Origin: the human T2T-CHM13v2.0 reference genome, Homo sapiens
Length of the DNA stretch: 64,000 nucleotides
NCBI RefSeq assembly: GCF_009914755.1
Contig: NC_060925.1
Strand: one strand, 5' to 3'
Part shown: positions 1-12,948 of the stretch, piece by piece
Layout of the letters: every line of letters begins with the position of its first letter
Numbering within the stretch: the stretch's first letter is position 1
The notes under the pieces: generated by a model
Told to the model about the DNA's origin: nothing
The model's database searches: none
The model's input: only the letters and a program-made list of their open reading frames with translations
Made by a program: the position numbers and the translations under genes

Positions 1-214
1 TGTCATCCTACTCTATCAAGCTACTTTCCTCCCATAGCCATCTCTCTTCCTTTCATTATCACCATACTTCCCAAATAAGGACTCATTGCTTTCTCTACTA
101 CAGTACCCATCCATCCCTTTGCCATTTTTTGACTGTTATATACCAATGATGCTTTTCTTTTAAATGGTAATACTACCCTGGTATTAGCCAAGTTTAATGG
201 CCTTTTATGAAATC

Positions 215-769
<555 letters not shown>

Positions 770-869
770 TAGCAAGAATGATGCGCTTTATTTCATTTAC
801 ACCCTCCACAACATTATCCAGGGCTGGTCACAAAATTAAAATAATCATTATAATGACAATAATAATACA

Positions 870-1080
870 ATAATACTACTAACATTAACTGAGGGCTTGT
901 CATTGCTGGGCAATGTGTCACGTGCTTTAAATGGATTAAATCACCAAAATCATAGGAACATCTGCATGAGATAGGTGTGATTATTGTTCCATTTTACAGA
1001 TGAGAAATCTAACCTTCAGAAGGGCAACTACGCAGCAATTAAGTGGCTGTGACAGAAGACAGATCTCAGCAGTTTAACTG
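870..1080 (-). mobile_element. MIR
   Basis: MIR core in reverse: 'attattgttccattttacagatgagaaa'. Confidence 0.75.
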
Positions 1081-1794
1081 GATAATAAAATTGTACTTTG
1101 TGTAAGTTATTTCTCAATTATCATTATAGTAAAAGCAAACATATGCATTTGTATTTATTTCCATATCGATGAGTTTCATGCTCAGAATTTTACTTTTAAA
1201 GAAAGGCTGTATTGGAGGAGTGGGAAGACAAGTCAGAGAAAGCTTTTTAGGGTTTCCATCCCTAAAACCTCAGCTCTTTTAAAAATAGACTATCACTTCT
1301 CCCTCTTTCCTAGGTGCCTTTTGAGAAACAATTAAATTATTGGACTACAACATCCAAAGTGTCTCAGAAAATAAAAGTGCCTTATGAGTGTGATAATGTT
1401 AAATTCACCTAATAAGGCAACCTAAAATAATTACTGCTAAAATATGTACTTGATAATTTCTACTTACACTAGATTCAAAACCCTTTAAGCATTTTTACTA
1501 TATAAAAAGTATATCCATTTTGTTTAAATAACTACAGTAATACCAGATTCTTTTAAGAAAATCCTTCTCAAATTTTTTTTAATTTAACTGACTGTAGAAC
1601 AAGGCTTGAGTAATAATCAGATTAACTGTGCAAAATGGCATTTTGGCCTTCTGTATTTAAAAAAAAAAGGAAAACTTATTTCAAACTCCAATAATGCCTC
1701 TAGCCTACACATTTGAATTCTATGTTGTTTCAATGAATATATAAGCAATTAAACATAGAAAATGTATTTTTAGAGAAACAGCAACTTTATATAC

Positions 1795-1885
1795 CTAATG
1801 TGGGCACAGTCTGAATTGTCTTTGACACAGAGATAGACCAAATGACTTGATATGTTTTAGAAGAGAACAAGAGGTAGATGATCAA
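1795..1885 (-). other. Candidate 91-nt non-coding exon (possible exon 2 of the minus-strand transcript)
   Basis: On the minus strand: ...ctacatacAG|TTGATC...CACATTAG|GTatat. Non-repetitive sequence, but the polypyrimidine tract is weak. Confidence 0.3.
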
Positions 1886-3182
1886 CTGTATGTAGATAAA
1901 TACTAAATATACGTTGATATATTTCAGGTTATAATGGTACCCTCTACCCTTTCCCTCCTTCATTTGGCCACTGAGGGAAACATAATAACTGCTGATAATG
2001 AAAGTCTTATCCATGGTGAAAAGTCCTATCTTTACTGTACATTGGGGACTAGCTTTTATATTGCTTGGATAACTCTAAACCTTTAAACTGCTATTTCTAG
2101 GGCAAATTCTGCCCTCCAAAACTTAATTGGGCAGAATCCTATGTTGACTCAGAGGGAATAAAATGCTCTCAGAGTAAACCACTCACCCATTAATTTTTCC
2201 AAGGCATCAAGGTATCATTTAGTGCCTGGAAAGAGGTAATTTACCTCATGGTACTTTGTAGGAGCTACTGACTGAGCAGTTTACTCCTAGGGAGAATGTA
2301 ACTCACCCTGGTTCACTGCAGAAACAGCCTCCTGTTATAATCAGGATTATTATCCTCTGTTTACTCCCTTTCTCTGCCTGAGTCTCTCAGTAACAGCTGG
2401 GGGCCTCATTTATAAACAACCTGTGCTATAAAATGCCCATGATATACACAGTATGAAAACATAGGAACATGGTTTATCCTTGGGCATATTATTATTTTAT
2501 TATTGTTTTATATGTATTCAGTGCATTTTCTCCAGAGAGCTGAAGGCATTTCATAAACTTTAAATAACCAGTAGGTATAAATCTATGCCACTGTAAGTTA
2601 TAGTTATTTAATAGTAATAAAACAACTTGAGGGTGAAGAATTGGTATTATTTATTTATAATTAGCACATGAGAAGGAAAGGACGTTTCAATAATCATAGA
2701 AAAATGCTAATGTAAATTTTTCCCCTGATTTTGTTTTTTACTATGGAATTGACTAAGTTTATGAGTTCAAGACTTTCATTGCCTAGAGTACGACAGTCTG
2801 CTTATAAAGTATACTCAATAAATATTATTGAATGACCACTGAAATTATATTTTAATTGCAGAAAATTATATAAAATGTGTTGAAATTAACCTCAATTGCT
2901 ATAGCCTAGTTATTTATAGATTTCCAAGCTTAGGAGTACAACTTTTCTTGAATATTTTGGCAGATTTGCTTGGATCCTCATTTTACTAGTAGAAACCCAT
3001 AGCCACCCACTGCACCCATAAATAATTCTTAGATTCCTAAGGGGCTTATTCTTGTGCGTTACATCTTGCTCTAATTTCTTGCTTCTGGTGAATTTACAAT
3101 TTCGGATAGGTCTTAGTTTCTGAGCTTACTGAATCATTTTCCAGGTGCATTGACTCTACCCCTCACTAGAGACAACTCTTAC

Positions 3183-3666
3183 TGTTACTGAATCTAAACT
3201 TGTTCTGCTTGCCACAGGACAGCCCATAAGTCCAGAGGCATGGAGCTAGAGAAAGGGAGGTGACTTTATTTCTGACAGCCAGCAAACCAAGAAGATAGTG
3301 GACTAGTATCTTAAAGAATTATCTTAAGTTAGTACAGATTTCAGACTCTTTTTATGTTAAGGGCATGGAGAAGAAGAGGGGTTTGATATCAAGATGTGAC
3401 TGATGACCACAGACATCTGGGTGGTCTATGGAGATTGGGGACTGCTTTGTGCTCGGTCAGGTCACAATTCCCTTATACATCTTCAATGAAACATAATTAG
3501 TTGTTACGTACTTCCCCTTTAATCCCAGAGTTGGTTTCAAAAACTACATGAGTGCTGTTTTTGCATATTATCTAAGTGCTCTAAAATTATCCTAGCCTAT
3601 GTGCAGGAATGGGTAAAGACTGCTTTATAAAATGGGGTTAGTTATGTTCATTCTTTTGCTGTTACA
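3183..3666 (-). mobile_element. ERV1 solo LTR (MER66/MER4-group-like)
   Basis: Minus strand runs TGTAACAGCAAAAGAATGAACATAACTAAC...AATAAA...CAGTAACA; TG...CA termini; ~485 bp. Confidence 0.7.
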
Positions 3667-4149
3667 CCATGCCTTTATTCCCTCCCTCCAGTCCTCCAAA
3701 ATTATAACCAAAGAACACTCCAGATTTCGCGAAGTTTGGGCCATGCTGCTTGTGGATAGGGACAGTAAAAAAGCACTGTTCAGGTGAAGTTTAAAATCTT
3801 GATCCGCTGTAACTGTACCTCCACTGGAAATTTCTAACAGACCATGTCCGTCCTCACCTGGCCCAGGTTCTAGGCATTAGATTACTGCCATTTTTCAAGG
3901 TATCTCTTTCCAATTCTGGGCTCTTCTTTTTCCTACTTTTCAGCCAACTTACATCCACTGAATTTCTATTTATTTCTTGAATATAACAATTTAAGTCTTG
4001 TTTGTTTAAACTCTCTGATCTAAGCTAGGACCAAGGAAATGTATCTTTTATAAGTAAGTATATACAGTAGGTAAAAGGTTTTGCCCTGTCCTCTTCCCAT
4101 CCCAATCAAAGAAACATTTTTATCTGAGAAGAATTCAACTTTTCTTCTG

Positions 4150-4272
4150 TAAAGTGTGTCCCAGATGGCATGGGACAGTCGTGGCTTGTGTCTGTTGTCC
4201 ATGAGTAATTATTCATAGCACCTTTTCTCTCTCAAAAGTTCTCCAGTTGGGATGATAGTGTTTTACCACCCA
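4150..4272 (+). mobile_element. MER94-like hAT DNA transposon relic
   Basis: 'gggacagtc...ctgttgtcc...gtaattattcatagcacc...ctctcaaaagttctccagttgggatgata...accaccc' matches my recollection of the MER94 layout. Confidence 0.6.
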
Positions 4273-4492
4273 CATGGCAAATATTTTCTTATAATCTTTT
4301 AAGGGAAAAGTCTTTGAAGACATATAACAATGTATATATTCATATATATTCACTCACATGTGTGTAATGGAGTAATATGTTTAACTGATTTTACAATGCA
4401 GATGATGTGTACACCTTAAACTTAACCAATTCTAATAATGTAAAACACTCCTTTGATTGCATTGGTTACTTTGATTACTTGGTCTTTCTTAC

Positions 4493-4835
4493 CTCTGAAA
4501 CACCCTACCTCCAAACAAGAGTTCATTTTGAAGATGATGTTTGGGTGTTTGTAACCTCATGATACAGGTGAAAATGTTCTTGGATAAGATGTTTGCAAGT
4601 CTTTTTAGTTTTTCACAGGTGGCCCCTCTCCACCCATGCACTGCTTACTAGCCAGAAATTGTGTCTGTAATTGTTGGCTGGACTGATCTAAAGTAGTCAT
4701 CTCTCTCAGCTTGGTTGAAGCCCAGTGGTCCTCCATGGCTGTCTTCACCTGATTTGGGGTTATTTCAGGCCATCGGTGGTTTTTTGCTGTGCACACGGTT
4801 CAGCCCCTGCCTAGATTGATTGCCCTGTAGCCTCA
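4493..4835 (-). other. Candidate first exon of an unidentified minus-strand gene or lncRNA
   Basis: Non-repetitive block beginning ~25-35 nt downstream of a canonical TATA box and ending at a strong donor TTTCAGAG|GTAAGA (exon end 4493); TSS position inferred. Confidence 0.5.
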
Positions 4836-4854
4836 CTGAAGAACCACTACATCC

Positions 4855-4862
4855 CTTTTATA
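4855..4862 (-). promoter_or_regulatory. TATA box (TATAAAAG) of the candidate promoter
   Basis: Minus strand GGGGACA-TATAAAAG-GGATG, G-rich flanks, Inr-like TTCAGT ~25 nt downstream. Confidence 0.5.
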
Positions 4863-5276
4863 TGTCCCCTCTGGCAAGCACTACAGACAGATTCTCCCAT
4901 ACTTCTGTGTGCCTTCTATGAACACAGAAAACAAGAATGCCTCTTGAAGTTAAAAAGCATATTTGTGTGATGTTGACTTCAAGCTGGCTGCTTCCTGGAT
5001 CCCCAACTGGGGAGTCAGGACAAGAACTCCCCACTCTTCTCCCCACATTGAGTTACCAGCATCTTTTTGTCCCTCTTTGATCTTTTTCTCCCAACCCCTC
5101 CCCCACCAATACATTCACTTTGAACTGAAGTCCTTGGAGAGGATTAGGAATCACACACCTGACCACACCCTTCTCCTATTGCTACTTAAGATTGAAAGTT
5201 CCTTGTTCTTGCTGCCTTAGGTGGTATTGGCATCTTCTCTACACATTGGGAGAAGCTCTCCAGGTGTAAACTGTGA

Positions 5277-5626
<350 letters not shown>

Positions 5627-6923
5627 CTGTGATTTTTTTTATGACAATTAAAGAGATTTAGAAAATATTTCTTTTAGAGTAGTAGCCTGGCTTACAAGAA
5701 AATTGACTTGTTGCATAATCTATTTTAAATATCAGAAGTGAATTCCTTTTTTTCTTTGCATTCTTTAAATTGCATTTCTAGTTTTCCCCACCTCTACCAC
5801 ATCATCTCCCCCACCTCCATCTCCTGTATAGACAGATGAGCCTTAAGAACAACAATTACTATATACTGAAGCTCAGATGTTAATCAGGTAATCCTAGTCT
5901 TAAATGTCTGTGCATTTTTTCCTCCTAGATTTGAGAAAATAAAAGGCACAAGAAATCCTGGCCTGAATGGTCATCAGAACTTCTTGTGTGTTGCTTCCAA
6001 AATTTTAGAAGCACTTTTGAGCAGACTGCTTATAAAACATGGCTACTTTCTAGATTCAGCTGTCAACCACAGAATTTTCTACCACTAAGGACAGTATCAG
6101 TTCCTAAAATCATAGAAGTGATGGTGTCTAATTGCCCAGAGAAAGAATTAAAAGTTAATGTGGGTTTGGGGATTTTTTGGTGTGTGTGTGGCCAAATCAG
6201 CAGTTGTTCATAACATAAAAGTTTCATGATGGTACATGTGGTACTACTTTTTTTTAACGATTGAATTATTATTTTATTACTATTATAAAAATTTGCTCAT
6301 AGAGTTTTACAGCAACTTTATAGAAATATACCTTTTAGGTATAAAACTACATTCAAAAAACATTCTTCAGTTGATTAGAACAAATTCTCATAAATCTTCT
6401 GATTCCATTTATGAATTTCCCACATGAAAGAGCCAAAAAAGAGAATGTCTGCTCTGCTAAAATTCTCTGGAACATCCTCTCAGTACTCAGTGGAAGATGG
6501 ATGAGATCCTTCTGCAGCAGATGATGAACAATAATTATAAGTAAATGGTAGTGTATTTTAGAGGACACACATTTAGGAAATATTTGAAATAAGAAGTAGG
6601 GAAAGGAGGGACTTCTGAACAAATAAAAAATGATCTAGAAAGCAAACCTGCAATCCAGCATGGGAATTTTTATACAGGCAAACTAAAAAATAGGGCCATC
6701 GAGGTTTTTTAAAATACAAGAGGGAGCAAGGAATAACAACAATCTTATGCCAGTGAGGTATTATCTTGAATGGAAAAAAGCAATTGTGATAAATAAATTA
6801 TTAGTTAAAGATATGAAACAATAATAGGGTCAGCTGTAGAACACGTTAAAATTCAGAAATCTATAGAATGATCCTTTACATGTATTCTGCTTCTGTTGAG
6901 TTCACATCAAAATCTACAGCCTT

Positions 6924-7027
6924 CATTAAATTAATGTCTTATTTTTAAAATATTCTCCATGGCACCATGGAGAATTAAATTAGGCATTAAATTAATGCCT
7001 TATTTTTAAAATATTCTCCATGGTGCC
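6924..7027. repeat. 39-bp direct duplication with an intervening inverted copy
   Basis: 6924-6962 matches 6985-7023 (1 mismatch); 6961-6975 is the reverse complement of 7013-7027. Confidence 0.9.
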
Positions 7028-8449
7028 TGAATAAGACAGAGGAGTAAGTCTAAATTGGGCCCTTATGCCATACATATTTATTTCATTAAAGTAGGAGAAT
7101 CTGAAATAAAATTTAAATTACAAATATGGAAGTGGCTTTAGATTTTCATTTTGGTTTTGGCTTTTTTTCTTTTTCTTTTTTTTTTTTGTTCTACTGATAA
7201 TTCAATCAAATGCAAACTATTAATATGAATAAAATATATTGAGGGTAGTTATGTTTTTGCTCATCTACTTGCTCATTCATTCAAAACAATGTGCCTATTC
7301 TCATTTAGAGAATACAGTGAATGGTATATTTTCACCTGTAATATTCTGAATTCACAAGAAGGACACGTGAATTCTGAGATTTGCAGCATGCACAGGGATA
7401 ATTTCCCTCAGAATCAAAGATCAGGCTCTAAGCAGAGGGTATCTTTACTCGTTCATCACACTGAGTGACCATCATAGGTCAGACCTTAATGGGCAATGAA
7501 CATATAATGGTAAGTAAGGAGACAGGGCTTTGTTAGCCCTGCTAACAAAGGCTTAGTTTGGGAAGGTCAGGAATGGCTTGTCAAAGACAGCAACAGTCAA
7601 GGCCACCAATAATAGAAAGTATATTATTAAACAGTCCATTTTAGCTAAATTCTGATGTAGTATTAAAAACGTTTTGAAAGATAATTCAGGGCCAGTTCAA
7701 GGGTAGGATGAGATTTACAATCAAAGAGTAAGAGTTTACTCTTTATCCAGCTGACTGTAAAAGGCTATTTAAAATTTCGAGACAAGGAAACAAAATGATT
7801 AAAGAGGTACTGCCTTAAGGAAAGCAGATGAGTCAACTGGTGAACAGAAGATGCAACAAAGAGGTGAGCAAGTAGAGGCAGTGTGTGGGGGACAGTTTGT
7901 AGATTCAATGTGGAAAAGGATAAGGAGATGTTAAGGGGCTATGGACTTGACGGGTAGGTTTGTTTTTTTTGTTTTCGTTTTTATTTTCCACCATGAATGT
8001 CATCCAAGCCCTTATGTTAGGCAAACCAGAAAGTTAGTAGATATTGAGCAAATATAAAAGGATAACCGATGGGACACGTTCCATAGGCAATGGAAGAAGT
8101 ATCAGATGTGGGATACCAGTGGCAGAATTTGTCTTAGAAAAAAATAATTCTTCTTTTCTGAGAAGGAAAAGATGGTCTCAAGTGATAAAACAGCAAAGCA
8201 CTTCAGTCACATATAATTTCTCACTCTTCCTACATGGGTCATGCTTTTCATGCCTCTTTACATTTACACAGAATGTTTCCTCTGCTTAGGATTTTCTTCA
8301 CTATCTTTTCCACTTAAATGTGACTTCCATAAAAATCTTCATGAACCCAATCCCTGCTTCAGTCCTAGGCAGATTTGTTTTCACTATTCTATGCTCCCAC
8401 AATACATTTTGCATGCTAAAATTATAGCCATCATTTGTTCACTCAGTTA

Positions 8450-8762
<313 letters not shown>

Positions 8763-8769
8763 AAAAATA

Positions 8770-9227
8770 TTTTTAAATGCCTACTATATAATAGGCACTT
8801 TTTTTAGCCTGTGAAATCACAAGGATTTATAAGATGTGCATAATTACTACCTTCATCAAGTTTACACTTTGATGGAGGAGAACACACTATAAACAAGAAA
8901 GTAGACAAATAAAATATTTTCAGTTTTAATAAATGCTTTGAAGGAAACAAGCAAAGGGAAGAGATGGAAAATAATACAAATATAAGGACTTAGAGGGTGA
9001 GGCTATTCTGGCTTTGTATAGGAATGTCAGGAAGAGAATGAGTCTTTCTTTAAGCCAAACTCTAAAGGTAGAGAAATAAGTAGCCATTTGAACAGTTTTG
9101 TGAAAGAATGCTGGGATGAACAGAGGCACTCCAGGCAGAGAAAACAGCATGTGCACAGGCCCTGAGAACGAACATGACTTTCTATGTGAAAGGAACTAAT
9201 GGAACTGATAAAAGACCAGAGTTGCTA
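8770..9227 (-). mobile_element. L2 3' region
   Basis: 'tgcctactatataataggcact...ccaggcagagaaaacagcatgtgcacaggccctgag' is typical antisense L2. Confidence 0.75.
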
Positions 9228-9853
9228 TGTTACAGGACCACCAGGTTCATATTCCCCCTGTGCAGTAACAGACCAATACACCAAGAGAGCAGGGTTTGCA
9301 GCAGAAAAAGAGTTTAATGATTGAGGGGTGGCCAAGCAAGGAGACAGAAGGGACCCTCAAATCCATCTCCTCAAGGAGTTCTGGGATGAGGGTTTTTAAG
9401 GGTATTGTGGAGAGTGAGGGGCTGGAATACTGGGGACATTGATTGGCCAGGGTAAGGGGGGGATGACATCATCAGGATGTAGAAACTGCATTATTTGGTG
9501 AGTCAGCTCTTCATAGGCCCCTTCAGATGAGCTGGCATCAGCAATGTCAATGGTATATTGACATTTCTGAAAGAAATTTTCAAAGGGAATATCTGAAAGA
9601 ATATTTCAAAGGGAAAACTTAATGTTCCACAATGTTCAAGTTGTTATCTATAGAACAGTTAAGATAAATTATAATCTTGTGACAGGGTCTGCATGATTCT
9701 GGGCAACAGGCACCAAACCATTATGAGGAAGCAGGTCAGAGAGCAAGCTGGCCTAACAATTAATGCCGAATGTGCTGCAAGCTTGGTTTATTTTCATTTC
9801 TCCCCCTTCCTTCTTCCCCAGTTAATTTTGTAAAGTTTATAGAGATGGTTTCA
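9228..9853 (-). mobile_element. ERV1 solo LTR (LTR26-like)
   Basis: Minus strand TGAAACCATCTCTATAAACTTTACAAAATTAACTGGGGAAGAAGG...GTAACA; 4-bp TSD gcta/gtta. Confidence 0.75.
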
Positions 9854-9859
9854 GTTAGA

Positions 9860-10072
9860 CCTGTGCTGTCAATACACTAGCAATTCACATGCACATTTAA
9901 ATTTAAATCTAAGTTTAAATTTAAATTAAGTTAATATTAAATAAGATTTGAAATGCAATTCTCAGTCCTACAAGCCATGCTTCAAGTGCTTCATATCCAT
10001 GTGAGGTTAGTGGCTGCTATACTGGATAGTGCAAAAAGAGAACATTATTGTAATCATAGAAATTCTATTGGT
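9860..10072 (+). mobile_element. MER3-like hAT-Charlie DNA transposon
   Basis: 'ctgtgctgtcaata...agccatgcttcaagtgct...gttagtggctgctatactggatagtgca...tagaaattctattgg'. Confidence 0.75.
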
Positions 10073-11402
10073 AAGTTTATGGGTAGTACATGGACTAGAA
10101 TGTAGTGAGTAGTGAGCTGTGGATGCAGAGAAAGACACTGGACCCTGCAGTGTCTGGAGCATGCAGTTATTATGGAACATGGCTTTTCTGTGAGCTTCTT
10201 AATGGCAGAAATAATGCGATGTTGCCTCTGTTGTTCTAAACATAGAACACTTTTTGATAAATGAGCTAGTAAATAAATGAGCCAAAGTTGAGGTCATCGT
10301 TATACCAAATTGGTTTATACTTTTCAACTCACTTGAAAAAACTGGACAATGTAAAAGTGAGGAAACAAACAAAAAAAGGTATTTGAGGAGCTCATTTGGA
10401 TCTTAACTAATTAGAAGTAATCTGCTGAAAATAAGAGTGGCAAAAATGGTTTCTAGAAAAAAATGCATTAGAAAATGTGAGGGAGACTTAGGGAATTAAA
10501 GAAACTAAATATGCTAGTTGAAATTAGATGGCTTAAATTTATCATACTCCCAATATCAAGATTTTCTCCATTTCCTTTGTAAAAGAAATAAAACATTCAT
10601 TTGTTTATTCATTTATTAAACAAATATTTATTGGCCACACACTGTGGTCAGTATTATAGATATTGGTGATTCTATGTCAAATGGGATTAGCAGATACAAA
10701 AAATAACAATAATAATAAAGGATAATTTTATACTTCAATTTACAATAAGGAAATCAGCAGGCTGGCATATTAAAGAGTAATTGGGGGGCAGGTTGAATAT
10801 ATTAGATCAGTTGAAGAACATGGAGATTAACTAAAAAAATAAACTTGTTGGGATATTCCAGTATGTAAAGTGAGCACCGTTGACACAGAGGCTGATTTGG
10901 GGTAGGGAGCCTAGTGGCAGTCATGCAGGAGATGGAGAAAAATTGAGAGTGTGAAGTATGAAATAAGAACAAAGAAGATGCAGCAACATGAGAAACAGTA
11001 CTGTTAGAAGGCAGTATGACTATGGTCAAATGAAAACTCAGAATTGAGATAATCGGAGCAATGCTAAATGATAGCAAGCCACAATCTTTTACCAACTTTT
11101 TTTTTCCTTCAGGTTTTAGCTTAATCATGGCTTTCTCAGGAAAACCTCTTTTGACCTTTCTAACTAGGCCAATTCCCTCATTATGTACAATCATAGCAGA
11201 ATACATTTATCTTATATAGCATAGTTGTAATTTTAAGTGGTTCTGCTTATTATTTGACAAGAAGATTGATGATACAGTCTTTGGAATTGAACAAAGATGA
11301 AAGCAAATAAGTTCAATGGAAGAAGTGGAAGTTTGCAAGTAACTGTGGAGTGAAGGTTTTAGAAGAAATGACAAGAACACTGATGTAAAAAAGGATACTA
11401 TA

Positions 11403-11716
11403 GGTTGGGCATGGTGGCTTATACTTGTAATCCTACACTTTGGGAGGCCAAGGCCAGAAAATTGCTTGAGTCCAGGAGTTTGAGACAAGCCTGGGCAATA
11501 TAGTGAGACTCTTTGTCTCTACAAAAACTTTAAAAATTAGTTGGGCATTGTGATGCATGCCTTGTAGTCCCAGCTACTCAGGAGGTTCAGGCAGAAAAAT
11601 CACTTGAGCCCAGAAGTTCTAGGCTGCAGTGAGCTGCGATTATGCCACTGCACTGCGCAGCAGAGCAAGACCCTGTCTCAAAAAAAAAAAAAAAAAAAAA
11701 AGAAGAAAAGAAAAAA
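11403..11716 (+). mobile_element. Alu (AluJ-like)
   Basis: Full Alu with J-type 'gcttgagtccaggagtttgag' and 'gagcccagaagttctaggctgcag'; A-rich tail. Confidence 0.96.
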
Positions 11717-12948
11717 AGGATTATGTTAGTAGATGCGTTGGACAGAGAAACTGAATTAGATGCTAATGTCAACCCAGGTAGAAACTGGAAAGGCCTCAAA
11801 GAAAGAGTGAAGGCTTGAAAGACAGTGATAAATTGTTATTAGAGATTAGAGACATTGTGATCTTTTTATTCAGGGGCAAAGATTTCAGTATAGTTGCAAA
11901 TGGAAAATATGTTTAGGAACAGGTGGATTTCAAGAAGGAGACTTCCAGGCGTAATGTTCTAAGTGCTAACTGGCTTTTTTTAGCCATATATGGAAAGGTA
12001 TGGATATAGAGACATGAACCAAAAAAAGCCCTATTCAATTTTCTAAGAAGTTTCATAGAAAATATAAAGAATTTAAGACTTGCTGAGTTAAAAGATAGGA
12101 TTATTTTCATCCTCACATTTTACAACTGATGGGGACAAAAAGTAAAAAATGCCTTAGGGCACGTATCAAATTCAGGGCATTGCCAGTAAATTGTAGCCCC
12201 AGGGTAAAGTTGAGATCAAGGGTGTGGCTGAGAGAACCCTTAGGATGCAGCCAAAAGATTTAAGACATGCCTTAAAAGAATCTTAAGGGCATTGTCCTTC
12301 ATTACAATGAATCTCAGCTACAGTTAGAAAATAAACAATTTCAAAGGAATTTGTGGGTGAGGCTTTTTGTTTTTGTCTGCAGTTTTTGATGGACTGAATC
12401 CCAATGAGAGTCATAAGTAACTCATGAAGTTTTAAAAAATATTGTATTGGCAGAAGTACCACCAGCTTGAACTAAAAAGGACAGATACAGTTCAAAAATA
12501 AGAGACTTTAAAGCTCTAAACTTTTACAGGCAGAAACAGGCTAACAAAGTTAGTCAGTGGCAAACGTAGGCAATTTCTAATAAAAAATGAATGGTGACTC
12601 AGAGTAAAGACTAGAGAATCACTCCCAGGGCTCATGACTGGACCCTAATCAGGAAGTTGGTGGTATGTGTCTACCTGGATTTCAGAACTGCTGTCAAATA
12701 GAGATATATTTCTGTCTTCCATCCCACCTTTAAAATTAAATGTTTATTGCGGTTTATCATGCTTTTTTAAAAAACCATTTTATGTTGAATGTGTATAAAG
12801 TGTGTGGGGGAGACACAGATAACTTTGGTCTTTAGTTAACAGGCCTTATAAATCAAACAGAAAATACTGCACCTGGACCCAATTAAATAGTAATCTCTTC
12901 AACATCAAGCTTGAGCCAATGTGGTAATGAGATGAGATGCTACAGGTC

